A DNA stretch of 63,218 bases, filler included, from Octopus bimaculoides (lineage: Eukaryota), in the NCBI RefSeq assembly GCF_001194135.2. It is 5 parts of 4 records of this genome, joined end to end, with 100 filler letters (N's around TTAATTAATTAA, not from the genome) between each part and the next. Parts side by side here need not be neighbours in the genome. Positions count along the whole stretch, not along the records: positions 1 to 19,082 come from NC_069003.1; positions 19,183 to 45,891 come from NC_068984.1; 3 more parts are not named here. One strand, written 5' to 3'. Both the position numbers and the translations under genes were made by a program. Of this stretch, positions 13,056 to 25,645 are shown piece by piece; the stretch's first letter is position 1; each line of letters starts with the position of its first letter. The notes below the pieces were generated by a model, which ran no database searches, was not told the DNA's origin, and was given only the letters and a program-made list of their open reading frames with translations.

Positions 13056-14453
13056 AAACAAATAAAAACCAGGTTCATTTCTAACAGGTCGAATCCTAAA
13101 AGGTTCCTTGTTCTCTCGACAACTTGTATAATGCTGCATAGCAGAATGTAAAGTTTTCAGAGGTGAAGTGTACTCAACTGGAATCAATACCGGTGGATAC
13201 CAGGTATTTATTTTATCGATTATATAACGAATTAAACCCAAGTTACGGTTATATTCAAAGTGCAAAGCGACAAAACATGGTACTGCAATGTACTTTGGTA
13301 CCGCGTTTTTGTCGTTTATGCCAACCTCCCACCCTCGTTTATGTAAATAATAATGATAGTAGTAGCACAAATTTTATGGTAAATTTTGTTTGAAAATTCT
13401 ACATTTTATGCAGTTTTTCCGTTTGAATAAATCTACATCGATTCCATTAATTTGATGTTATTCTTTTGTTCTTTTTCATGTTTGTGCGTGTATGTGTCTG
13501 TGTTTTTTTGTTTTTTTAAACCACCCCTATTTATCACTCATTATCATCGAAGCAGACAAAATCAACATCTGGTTGAATAAAATTTCTGGGACACAGGCAC
13601 GCACGTACTCTCACACACAAGTACATACATCCTCATACAAACACACACAATATNNNNNNNNNNNNNNNNNNNNNNNNNNNNNNNNNNNNNNNNNNNNNNN
13701 NNNNNNNNNNNNNNNNNNNNNNNNNNNNNNNNNNNNNNNNNNNNNNNNNNNNNNNNNNNNNNNNNNNNNNNNNNNNNNNNNNNNNNNNNNNNNNNNNNNN
13801 NNNNNNNNNNNNNNNNNNNNNNNNNNNNNNNNNNNNNNNNNNNNNNNNNNNNNNNNNNNNNNNNNNNNNNNNNNNNNNNNNNNNNNNNNNNNNNNNNNNN
13901 NNNNNNNNNNNNNNNNNNNNNNNNNNNNNNNNNNNNNNNNNNNNNNNNNNNNNNNNTATATTAATATATTTATACATATGTCTATAATGTCTATACATAT
14001 GTGTACGTATGCATGTATGTGGAATTTTCTTCCTTTTTTTTTCAAACTTTCATCGAATTAACTCAAAACTGTGAGCCTGAATAATAAAAGTTAATTTAAA
14101 GCTAATTATAAATGCATTAAAATACAAGTTTTTGACTTATTTATGGGTTCGTTTTATTTGTTAATCGTTTGGTAAATTCAATAGGGAAATCGATACTATT
14201 AGGAACCCATATATAAAATAAAAATTAACGAAAATATTGATTTCTGCTTGTAAATAAATAGAAAAATTTAGGAGTAAAACATTAATATTTTTCCCAATAA
14301 TTATTAGCTGCTTAATTGTTCTGATATGGTGCTAGCCAGGAATTGAAACTGCTTTGCAATCTTCACTTTATAGTTAAGCTATCATTTAGACTCCTGATCT
14401 CTAATGTAATTAATGTCGTTTAGGTTCTCATTGAGTCTAGGGTACTGGTACCA

Positions 14454-14843
14454 TGTTGTTGTTGGCACTCCGTCGCTTACGACGTCGAGGGTTCCAGTTG
14501 ATCCGATCAACGGAACAGCCTGCTCGTGAAATTAACGTGCAAGTGGCTGAGCACTCCACAGACACGTGTACCCTTAACGTAGTTCTCGGGGATATTCAGC
14601 ATGACACAGATTGTGACAAGGCTGACCCTTAGATTTACAAGCACAACAGAAACAGGAAGTAAGAGTGAGAGAAAGTTGTGGTGGAAGAGTACAGCAGGGT
14701 TCACCACCATCCCCTGCTGGAGCTTCGTGGAGCTTTAGGTGTTTTCGCTCAATAAACACTCACAACGCTCGGTCTGGGAATCGAAACCACGATCCTATCA
14801 CCGTGAGACCGCTGCCCTAACCACTGGGCCATTGCGCCTCCAC
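14454..14843 (-). mobile_element. Full-length SINE-B with a (CAA)n tail
   Basis: Reverse complement of the 3529-3872 element, including the 3' end (...GACGGAGTGCCAACAACAACA). Confidence 0.93.
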
Positions 14844-14859
14844 TCCTGTTCATTAACTG

Positions 14860-15105
14860 AGATAGTAAATTACAAGAGAAAAAGGACATCTATGGACCAT
14901 TAATAAGGAGTTTGCGCATCCAAGAAAGGCTTTCCGCTTTTATTATTATTGGAGCAAGAGGATAAATACCAACACGCCTGGAGCAAAGTATGGCTGAAAT
15001 TGCATTCTTCAAGAGAGGACGAGAATCCTTAATTCATACACTACAGATTTTCACGATATCAGGGAATATAAAAATCTTGAAGACTTTAAGATTTAAGAGA
15101 TGCTG
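14860..15105 (+). mobile_element. R4/Dong-type RLE non-LTR retrotransposon, 3' remnant
   Basis: Frameshifted translation KDIYGPLIRSL / FIIIGARG*IPTRLEQSMAEIAFF...SLIHTLQ...IKILKT; homologous to the minus strand at about 49300-49530. Confidence 0.7.
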
Positions 15106-15261
15106 GTTAAAAGCAGATGCTTTCCTTCACAACCTTGCGACCGAGCAAGTGGCTGGATAAAGTTAAGTCTAAACTAAGAAACGATAGAGACCATACAAAC
15201 ACATACATACTTACATAGATACATACGTATATACAGGCGTAGCTATTGGCATAAATGTGGC

Positions 15262-15780
15262 AGTGCGGTAAGAAATTTGCTCCCTGACGACATGGGTTTG
15301 GGTTCAGTCCAACTGCGTGGCACCTTGGGCAACTCTCGTCTACTATAGTCCAGGGCCGACTGGGGCCTTGTGAGTGGATTTCAACGGGGCTTACGAGGGG
15401 TGAGGTATATATATATTCCCAAATAAATTGCACTTCATATTTGAGGTTCCGATGATGCTATAAAGTTTTGTCCAAGCATTCTGAGTGCGCTACAACTTAT
15501 AGCAGAAACAGCTGTAAGCTAATGAATTTCATAAGATAATCGTTTATTCCTTTGTTATCTCTCTTTCTTATATGTGTGTGTGTTTCGATGTGAATGTGTG
15601 TGCTCCACAACATCGCATGACGGTCGGTGTTGGTGTGTTTACATCTCCGCAAGTCTAGCAGTTTGGCGAAAGAGAGCGATACAATAAGTACTGGGTCCGA
15701 TTCATTTGACTAGAAATTCTTCAAGGCGGTACCCCAGCATGGCTGCAGTCTAATGACTGAACCAAGCAAAAGATAAAATA
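15262..15780 (+). mobile_element. SINE C head (15262-15392) and D tail (15600-15780), split by a hammerhead cassette
   Basis: GGGTTCAGTCC...TGCGTGGCACCTTGGGCAA head and GGCGGTACCCCAGCATGGCTGCAG tail. Confidence 0.75.
15445..15520 (+). ncRNA. Type I hammerhead ribozyme, near-intact
   Basis: GGTT-CCGATGA-TGCTATAA-(33 nt)-TTATAGCA-GAAAC-AGCT-GTA^AGCT. Helix II has 8 perfect pairs, helix III is the palindrome ACAGCTGT, and helix I has 4 bp with two G-U pairs. Confidence 0.75.
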
Positions 15781-15999
15781 TACAATAAATATAACAACCT
15801 ATAAAGAGTTCAGAGCTTTCAAAAGCGGCTCGGATTTGCGTTAATTTTTCTCGAACCCGTGAACTCATGAATCCAGTTAACCGGTTTCCGTAGCGTATAA
15901 GAGATCGAGATCTTTCGTAACGGAAGGTCGATCCGTAGCAGGATTCAATATCAGGAGTTTTGAAGGGAATGGGTGAGTTGATTCTGATCGACACAAACA

Positions 16000-16136
16000 C
16001 TTGATTTTATCGGCTCTGAAAGAAAAGAAAGACAAATTTGATCTCGGTGGGATTCGAACTTAGAACGTAAAGAGCTGGAAGGAATACCGCTAAGCGTTTT
16101 GTAAAACGTGCTAACGATTCTGCAATCGCAACGCTT
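16000..16136 (-). mobile_element. SINE-A 5' half
   Basis: GGATTCGAACTTAGAACGTAAAG...GCTAACGATTCTGC. Confidence 0.75.
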
Positions 16137-16399
16137 TAGATTTGTGTTTTCTATAGATTAAATAAGTTGGCTGCGAGGAAAGGCTCCATGGAAACTCACA
16201 GAAACATGTATATGTGGATGGGCCTGGCCAAATTCTTACATTCTAGCGACATGTGTATAGACGGTTAAGTGTTACCATTTACCCGTTGTTTCAAACACCA
16301 GCAAATAGATGAAGATATTTTCCTGTTTTAATTGCAATCAATTTTTATTACCTCAATGCATTTAGGATCGATACACGTCTGCTAATGGTGAAAATTGAT

Positions 16400-17340
16400 T
16401 GACAAGAAAATGTCTCTTCGAAGGAAGAAAGAAAAATCAAATTATTATGCATTATGTAAGAACACAACATACAAAAACATGTTCGTAGCTTTAAAAAAAC
16501 AGTATTTAATATATGTTTCTTCCTTCAACTTCGTAAGAGTTGCATCTTACTGAAGTAGGCGTCTTTATATTGAAACATAGCTGCCTACATTAAAAGAAAG
16601 ATAGCAGTCAATAATTATAGCAGTAAATCAGTTAAAAATTAAAATTTAAAGTGTTAGCGAGTAGAGGATTGTGAATTTAGAAAGCTTTTACGAGAATATG
16701 AGAAAATATACAAACAGGTTTAAAATTTAGTGCCTAAACATCATCTACTAAGAAGAAGAAAAAAAATCGATATTTTTCAAATGATGTTTAAATAAAAGTT
16801 CTTTCAAGTCTTATCAAAGAAGACAATGGATAATTGCTTTTGGTTCGCATTGAAGTAGACATAAATTTTGCTACTTCAAGAAAAATTTGATGTATTTTTC
16901 AACGCCAAAATATTTAAAAGCACAAAAAGATCTAAAATAAATTATGAGATTTAGTCTAATGGTCAGGGAACTAGTTAACTTTATTTTTGTTAATTATTTC
17001 TTTTTTTTTCTTTACATGTTTCCAACATTATATAAGAATTCGCAGAAGAAAGATGTGAAAAGAATCATCGACCGATAGACCAATATTTGACGGCTCTGTA
17101 TACACTGACTGAAGTTATAAAATTTTTGAGAAAAGAATGCATTTGATTAAGTACCATGCTATTTATTCCAAATTAATGAGGCAATATGTACCTCCAGTTC
17201 ATGAAAGTGTCTGCTTATAGAGCTCGTTTTGTTTAAGAGAAAAAAATTATACTTAACCTGCAGTAATTAGTTAGCTCCTTGAAGTGATATACAGAGAAGT
17301 TATTTACCCACGGATACACCAACATCCCATCTGAACTGGC
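16400..17340 (+). mobile_element. Possible heavily decayed hAT (Buster/Charlie-like) transposase
   Basis: Short frame fragments AVNQLKIK and EFRKLLREYEKIYKQVLKFSA resemble the hAT segment before VRWLS, and a Q-H-P-like end is present; many stops. Confidence 0.35.
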
Positions 17341-18038
17341 AATCTGATATAATACAAACTCAAGTGTAGTGATAACCTTTTATACAGTATCGTTGAAAAA
17401 ATAAATTGACATACCAGTTATTTAATACGTAAACTATTCTAATATTATGGAGGTTCATCAGGGAACAATCATTTGTTTACCGAGGGATTTTTTCCCCATC
17501 ATGCCTTCGGCAAACGCAGAAAAATCAACGTTTCGTTGATGAAGTCGAAATAAGACCAAAGCATATCCCGATGTGTTCCCCATACACGTTGTAATAAATA
17601 AAATATATTAGTAAATTCTTACATTGTTTATTATCTATTTGTTTCCTCACTGAATGAATTTTATCTAGTAAAAGCATTTAACATTCCTTGTATTAAATAT
17701 ATTAAAAGTAGAACAACTATTGAACAAAAAATTGTGTTTCAAAAGAGAAATCGGAATTATTGGATATGAAACAAAATTGACTTTTAGCAACGTGGATATA
17801 GAATAGTTGAGATCAGTTTCTACGATGATACATCATAATTTTTTTTTTTAAATACCAGAGGAAAAAATTGAATTTTCCCAGAGAAACAGCAGTTAACGAA
17901 ACCATGGCCATATTCAATGTATGCTCAAAGATCTCTTCTTTAACTCATTTTAGCTGTGTTCTGCGTTAAGGAAGTGGGAGGAGATTTAGTCACTACTGTA
18001 TGGTTAATAACAGCCAGAACTAAGTTGAATGAACTGCA

Positions 18039-18120
<82 letters not shown>

Positions 18121-18133
18121 TAGATACATATAT

Positions 18134-18168
<35 letters not shown>

Positions 18169-19126
18169 CACATATATATATATATACACATATATGTATT
18201 ACACGCATACACACATATATATATACGCATATATGTACATTTACATAGATACATATATATGTATGTATATATACATACATATATGTATATATATAAACAT
18301 ACATATATATGTATATATATATATATATGTGTGCGTGTGCGTGCGTGCGTGCGTGTGTGTATGTATCTATGTATATGCAGTTTTTTTTCTCGAGCAGACA
18401 GACATCGGATTGGATTTAAAGAAAGTCAGTTTCACAAGTACTATTGATTAATTTATCGATAAGTCAGTCACTAAGATTTAGCGGGAGATTTGGAAAGACG
18501 CATTTATAAAAGTAAAAAGAATTTCAAAAATATATAAAAAAAAAAGAGAGAGAAAGAAAGAAAGAAAAAAATTTTCAATAATAAAAACCATCCAATAGAT
18601 CAGCATAATTATGGGTTGTAACTAAGCTATTGTGAGAGGTTTATCGAAAACTGCGCAGATTGAGGTCACTCTAGATAGTAACACTATTTGACATCGTATC
18701 TAACAGAGTCTTTTAGAAGTTTTATTCAACTATTCTCTTTACAGGTTTCAGTTATTGGAGCACGGCCATGCTGGGGCAATTCCTTCAAGCGTTTGAGTCG
18801 ATTATATCGACCGAAATATACCTTGTCTGGTCTGGTCTGGTTTGATCTGCTCTGATCTGGCCTGCTCTGATCTCGTGTAGCTTCGTTATTTTATCGATCT
18901 CTTTACATAGTGACGTCAGACAGGTCTGCATTCTAGTAAATGGTCATTAATTCAGACGGAACAAATAGTTCAGAGTATTTTTGCGCGACGCAGATATTTT
19001 CTTCTTTCCCACTTACGACCACAACCACACACATATAGACATACAAAATAAGTCATAAATCCGACGCGGTTATATATATATANNNNNNNNNNNNNNNNNN
19101 NNNNNNNNNNNNNNNNNNNNNNNNNN

Positions 19127-19138
19127 TTAATTAATTAA
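19127..19138. other. Synthetic gap marker TTAATTAATTAA (also at 45936-45947, 58552-58563, 61946-61957)
   Basis: All four are flanked by exactly 44 N on each side (100 bp total); the 12-mer has stops in all six frames. Confidence 0.95.
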
Positions 19139-19367
19139 NNNNNNNNNNNNNNNNNNNNNNNNNNNNNNNNNNNNNNNNNNNNATATATATAAGTTTCCTG
19201 AACTTACACACAAGGTACAGGAAACTTATATGTATACCATTCTGCTTAAATAATGGAACTGCAGATACAATATCCCTGCATATCTCACGTCTGTTTTCAT
19301 TCCTCCACTTCACTCTCTATTTCATATCTTCTCTAGAATAACTATTGCTTAACCATTTTCTAGCACC

Positions 19368-19415
19368 GTCTCCGATGAAGGGATATATAAAATATCCCGG
19401 AAACAGCTGTAAGAC
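19368..19415 (+). ncRNA. Type I hammerhead ribozyme, near-intact, inside a ~300 bp cassette (19190-19490) flanked by TA repeats
   Basis: GTCT-CCGATGA-A-GGGATAT-ATAAA-ATATCCC-G-GAAAC-AGCT-GTA^AGAC. Helix I is 4 bp, helix II is 7 bp, and helix III is palindromic. Confidence 0.82.
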
Positions 19416-19622
19416 CTTCTCTTTATAAATGTTCTGAAATCTTTCACAGCCTTGAATTTTTATCTCATTCTGTTAATTTTTTTTATATATACGCATGCTG
19501 ATATATGACCCAAGTTGGACTCTTTCGCATAACCACTGAACCTGGATCTTAACTGTCCGTCCATATCACTTACTCAGCATCACCTGACACCTTTGGGTCT
19601 TATTGAAACTATTACCTCTCAT

Positions 19623-19668
<46 letters not shown>

Positions 19669-19859
19669 TACAGATATATATTATATATGTTAATGTATGA
19701 TATATACATTAATATATACATACCCCCAAGACCCGCATTAGACGCCTCCTATCATTATCGAACCGAGAGTTTAACTACGATCCTTCCATAGCACTTAAAT
19801 AGCTTTACGTGCCTCCTTGGGTCTTCTGGATACCATATCTCTCATATATATTATATATT

Positions 19860-19860
19860 A

Positions 19861-19923
<63 letters not shown>

Positions 19924-20095
19924 GTGCGTGTGTTTGTATGTGTGTATATGACGGGCTTCTTTCAGTTTCCGTCTATGAAATCCACTCACAATGCTTTGGT
20001 CAGCCCAACGCTATAATAGAAGACATCCGCCCAAGCTGCCACGCAGTGGGACTGAACCATGTTGTTGGAAAGCAAACTCACTACATTTACGCCTG
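19860..20095 (-). mobile_element. SINE C copy (19950-20095) with its (TATC)n/(TG)n microsatellite
   Basis: GACGGGCTTCTTTCAGTTTCCGTCTA...CCACGCAGTGGGACTGAACC. Confidence 0.8.
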
Positions 20096-21209
20096 CGGCT
20101 TTATAGTCATATTCATAAGCACGTGATATTTTCTTGTCTTTAGCATCATATGTATAAAACACACGAAAGTAAAGAAGGTGATTCTCGTTCCAAAGATGTT
20201 TCAGTGTTGATAAATTATTGAACGCATTTTTTTTTTTTTACATAATATGACCATCTGTCACTGTATGCCAATCCATTTTATGAGAACTGAAATATTTAAA
20301 CATTTGCTCAATAAAATAGCGATTGACACGTCCATAAATATTCACGAACATCGATATTTTACTCAAAATTGTAAAAGACTGTGAAAGGATGTTGTATTTC
20401 TCTGAGAAGAAAATTCTGGAGACAGTATTGATACAGTAAAATATTGTATTCATCCGAGTGTGCCAAAGATATAGGCACGCCCATTGACGTTCAAAACCAC
20501 TTCTTCTGATATGACAACAGTAGACAAAGATGCAATAAACGACACAAAACGCTTGGTTATATTGAATTTTTGCTGTTGAAAGAAGCAGTTAGTGGGGTGG
20601 GGCGGGGTGGGGGAATCGATGTGTATATAGATATTTATACTTACATATACACACATTATCTAAATACGCACCCACATTTATTTGTGCGTCTAAGTATACA
20701 CGCATATATATTTAGGTACACTTAGTGTGGTCAATACAAAAGCTTGGATATATATGAATACGAATTGTATATATGCACGTGTTTAATATTTATACTTTGT
20801 CTGTGTATGTGTGTGTGTGTGTGTGTAGGTGTGTATACATACATAAGTTTATATATGTAAATGTATTTATATATGTATGTACAAATACACTTCACACGCG
20901 CACACGCATATATTTAGATGTAAATCTAAATGTTGATTTCAAATTTTGGCACAAGGTTAGCAGGCTCGGTGGGGGCTTGGCAAGTTTTTTACATCGATGA
21001 GTACTTATTTTAGTTCAATGAGTACTTATTTTATCGAACCCGAAAAGATGAAAAGCAAAGTCGACCTCAGTGAAATTTGCAATGAGTGCATAAATATTGA
21101 CGGTCATTAACATTAATTTATGCAAATACGCTATATGTAAATATGTATATGTACGTATGTATGTATGTATGTATGTATGTATGTATGTATGTATGTATGT
21201 ATATGTCTG

Positions 21210-21271
<62 letters not shown>

Positions 21272-21799
21272 ATATATATATATATGTGTATATATATATA
21301 TATANNNNNNNNNNNNNNNNNNNNNNNNNNNNNNNNNNNNNNNNNNNNNNNNNNNNNNNNNNNNNNNNNNNNNNNNNNNNNNNNNNNNNNNNNNNNNNNN
21401 NNNNNNNNNNNNNNNNNNNNNNNNNNNNNNNNNNNNNNNNNNNNNNNNNNNNNNNNNNNNNNNNNNNNNNNNNNNNNNNNNNNNNNNNNNNNNNNNNNNN
21501 NNNNNNNNNNNNNNNNNNNNNNNNNNNNNNNNNNNNNNNNNNNNNNNNNNNNNNNNNNNNNNNNNNNNNNNNNNNNNNNNNNNNNNNNNNNNNNNNNNNN
21601 NNNNNNNNNNNNNNNNNNNNNNNNNNNNNNNNNNNNNNNNNNNNNNNNNNNNNNNNNNNNNNNNNNNNNNNNNNNNNNNNNNNNNNNNNNNNNNNNNNNN
21701 NNNNNNNNNNNNNNNNNNNNNNNNNNNNNNNNNNNNNNNNNNNNNNNNNNNNNNNNNNNNNNNNNNNNNNNNNNNNNNNNNNNNNNNNNNNNNNNNNNN

Positions 21800-21839
<40 letters not shown>

Positions 21840-22855
21840 ATTGTGTGTGTGTATATACAATGTATATATGTATATATGTATTCTATACATATATGCGAAA
21901 AAACAAAGAATGGAGAATTACGTATTCTTTAATTCCCTTATGCGCGTTTCAGATTGTTTGGCATTTGAAAATTTTGTGATGCAGTAATCATGCTTATTAA
22001 TCGATCTCATGCTCGATCGACTAAGATTCTTCGGAGATGGAGAAATTTAACAATGTTCTATTCTTATCAAAACTATACCATACTGCTTAGAATGGAGGAG
22101 ATTTTAAGGGCGGTAGACAGTAGTAAAACTAACAATACTTGATCTATATAAGGGGGGAAGGTAAATATTTCAGCAGTTCTACTTAAAAATACTGATTTTA
22201 TCAGATTATGCTAAAAATATAATATGATACTTAGTTTCAGTAATCCCAGTGCCAGTTTGAAGAATGTTTATGACAAAATTCCTACCCCTTCTAAAATATT
22301 GGTTTCAAATTTTAGGCACAAAGCCAGCAATGATTCTACCAGCTCAGCGCCTTGTTTCTAACCCATTTAAATTATTACTGACCAATTCAAATAGACAGAG
22401 GAGATATATTGAGGTGACTACAATTCAGCTGATAATTCTTTAGGCCACAATGAAAATATCATTTGATCGGTATTAATTCTAAATATACATTATGAATAGA
22501 AGAAAACAGGATCAGTTAATGAGAATTCTAACGGAAAGCAAACGATATATTATTTGCCAAGGAAGATATTCTATTTCAAAATAATAGATAAATGTTAAAT
22601 ATTGGAAAATTAAAATAATTGTAATATGATTAAGGTGAATTAAGATAAAAATAAAAAATAAATTAAGAGAATAAATTAAAAACTAAAAAATAAACACACA
22701 AAAACAACAATAAAATAACTTGACATGGATACCTTGCTAGAACACCGAATACAGGGTTATTAGTCTTGAGAGGTCCTCTCATATAAGCGTCTGGGGGCAT
22801 TAAAGCTAATACACAGATCAAAGCAGGCGAGAGTCGCCTGTCATGGACGCTGGAA

Positions 22856-22901
22856 TTCCCATATCACGTGATTTCGGTCTACTGAACTTCATCAGTGGGA
22901 A
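22856..22901 (-). ncRNA. Type I hammerhead ribozyme with a canonical core
   Basis: Minus strand TTCCCA-CTGATGA-A-GTTC-AGTA-GACC-GAAAT-CACGTG-ATA^TGGGAA. Helix I has 6 perfect pairs, helix II has 3 of 4, and helix III is the 10-bp palindrome ATCACGTGAT. Confidence 0.85.
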
Positions 22902-23392
22902 GCACCGGTTGCCGCGTACTAGTAGAATCTTGCGGCTACAATAAATATAATTTGAGCCTCCTTTTAGACGCTGGTGTTTCAAGTGGCCAGCAGGACTATT
23001 AAAAATTAATAATTAGCGATGAAAGCAACATTCATACGAAAAGTTAATCTTTATGTCCAACTTAACATGGATGTCTTGGGAATCCCGGAGCCAATAACAG
23101 ATGAATTTCGTCTGCTATGATCTATGTGTGTGCTTTTATGCAGCCAGCGCTTATAGAAGAAAATCTCTCAAGGCTAATAACCCAGCGTTCGGTGCTCTTA
23201 TGAGGCATCTATGTTAAGATGGACGTAAAGATTACCTTTTGGTATTAATACTGCTTTCATCGCTAATAATCAATAACGAAACAATTTAATTAACATAAGG
23301 TTTGTAAGTTAAGGAAGTTTGTTGAAGTGGATGTAGCAAATTCACTCGATAATTGTATTAAGTATGGTAGCAACAATAATGCTGATTACTTT

Positions 23393-23403
23393 AGTAGTAG
23401 TAT

Positions 23404-23448
<45 letters not shown>

Positions 23449-23530
23449 TGGTAGTGGTAGTGGTAGTAGTAGTAGCAGCAGCAGCAGCAGTAGTAGTAGA
23501 TGTAACAACAACAACAACAACAATAATAAT
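23393..23530. repeat. (AGT)n/(AGC)n/(AAC)n trinucleotide microsatellite
   Basis: Directly visible. Confidence 0.95.
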
Positions 23531-24539
23531 AATTTATATATTTTTATTTATTTCAAATGACTCCATTTCATTTTGAAAATTAGCAATCTGGTGTGTTTAG
23601 TTTAATGGCCAATCAATGTATACAGTGAGTTTCTTTGCCCTAGGGGTCGAGAAGACACCCGGCAAGAAATGGAAAGAAAATTGAAAGAAGAAGAAAATCT
23701 CATAATAATAGCAATTATGATCGTATTACTAATGATAATGCAAATTAGATTAGAGCCAATCAGTGATTCCGATACAAAATTACTTTGATTTTCAAGGGTC
23801 AGTGAACCTTTGCAGCTTACTTGATAACTTATAGGTCCTTTCAGGCAGAGCATTTCCACCATCTCATCCTCATTAATTTCTCTGGAGTGTAGTACGTTTG
23901 TACTCGTGGGACTTAACGAGATTGCGATTTTGGTTGAAGAAATAAATATATCTCGTCTTCGGTGGTTTTCATGTTATCCCTGATGCAGTCTCTTTCTCCA
24001 TTGCTAATATCATTTCTACGAAAGCAGAGGAAGACTGTTTGCCCTTCTCGGTCAAAAGAATACGGTTAGTCAATTCTTGGCTGTAGCCGGACACGTTGTA
24101 CGGCAGACATCAGCTGTTCAACGCAATTCCACACGAGACTAATGCTGCGACACTGAACAATTTCACGGACAAAATTTTATCGCTCAACACGCATCTTTGG
24201 TCAAGCCTGGTAAATGTCGTTAGCGAGGTCGTAGGACTTTTTTCAAATATAGTAATATCTCCTATCTTCAGTTATGTTAGACTAAGGCGTTTAATATGCT
24301 GTTCATTGTCCCTTCGGAATAGATTATTCAATTAATCCCTGAATGCAAGCAGTGGTGTACAAGCGAATGGTTGGTTCGAATGAAAGAGAGCTGTAAACTT
24401 CTGGTAACGTTCCAGATGCCATATGCGCAACCTTGGTCTTCCTTGCACCCAGCATTGCAGCTCCACCAAAGAGTCAAGCTGCAGGAAAACTTAAAATGCA
24501 GCGAAACCTCCTTACGGTTTAAGAATCGCTGAAGATGTT

Positions 24540-25150
24540 ACTGTATGAGTACAAGTCATGAGCCATCGTATGCTAAACTCTGCACAAATTTCCCTATCTC
24601 TGCCTTACGGAGAAACTCTCACAATGAGGGTGAAGACAAAAACACAAATATATATTCGCGCGCAATTCTAGAAACCACATTATGCATTCGATCTAACGAT
24701 ACTTTCCAGTTGTGCATCACTCATCATAGCCCAGAAAAATGATTAAAAGATCGCAAATTATCAACAGCCGAAAAGAACCATCAAATTTTAAAAGACTCTT
24801 CACAAACGCGAAATTCAGATTTGAAGAAGTGACAAACTGCAAAGAATCTCATTGTGAGACGTGAGAAATATCAGGCAGGGAAGAACCAAGAGATTCGAGA
24901 ATGGAAAACAATTGATGGTAAATGCTAATATGATATGCAAAACAAAATTTTATTCACTGTATTACAATGCAATAAGAATTATCGGCTAAACTCCAAAATT
25001 AATACACCGGGTTAAGGTACATAACCAAAAGAAGCCAAGATTCATCCCTTCAGACATCGAGACGTTTGTGCAAATGGAAAATGATCATTAACGATAACCA
25101 AGAGAAGAATACTACTTTATAAGAATTCTAAATTCGAAACTAAAACGGAA
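24540..25150 (+). mobile_element. Decayed Neptune-type PLE: RT thumb, Cys-rich linker and GIY-YIG endonuclease
   Basis: QIINSRKEPSNFKRLFTNAKF...VTNCKESHCET* (24754-24864), then IIG*TPKLIHRVKVH, RHRDVCANGK and EEYYFIRILNSKL across frameshifts. Confidence 0.65.
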
Positions 25151-25335
25151 ATAGTCAACAATGCTACTAAAAATTACTTCTATTCGGATCACGCCATAAC
25201 GCGTGTGTCTCAAGAACTGGGAAAGCTATTTACATACACTGTGAAACCTTCTTTCTAAATGGTTCATATCGTTCTCTTGCTTTATGATAGTTTATACGCC
25301 ATTACTCCATATCTAAAAGAATACTTCTACAACAG

Positions 25336-25401
<66 letters not shown>

Positions 25402-25420
25402 CGTCTGTCTGTCTGTCTGC

Positions 25421-25468
<48 letters not shown>

Positions 25469-25589
25469 GTATCTATCCATAAATGCAACAGATAAGCGAA
25501 TTGAGATGATAGAGTAGGTGAGTATTTCAATCGTTTACAGCTGTTTCATAATCATGTTAGCTATGTAATAGATGTTACACACACACAGG

Positions 25590-25645
<56 letters not shown>

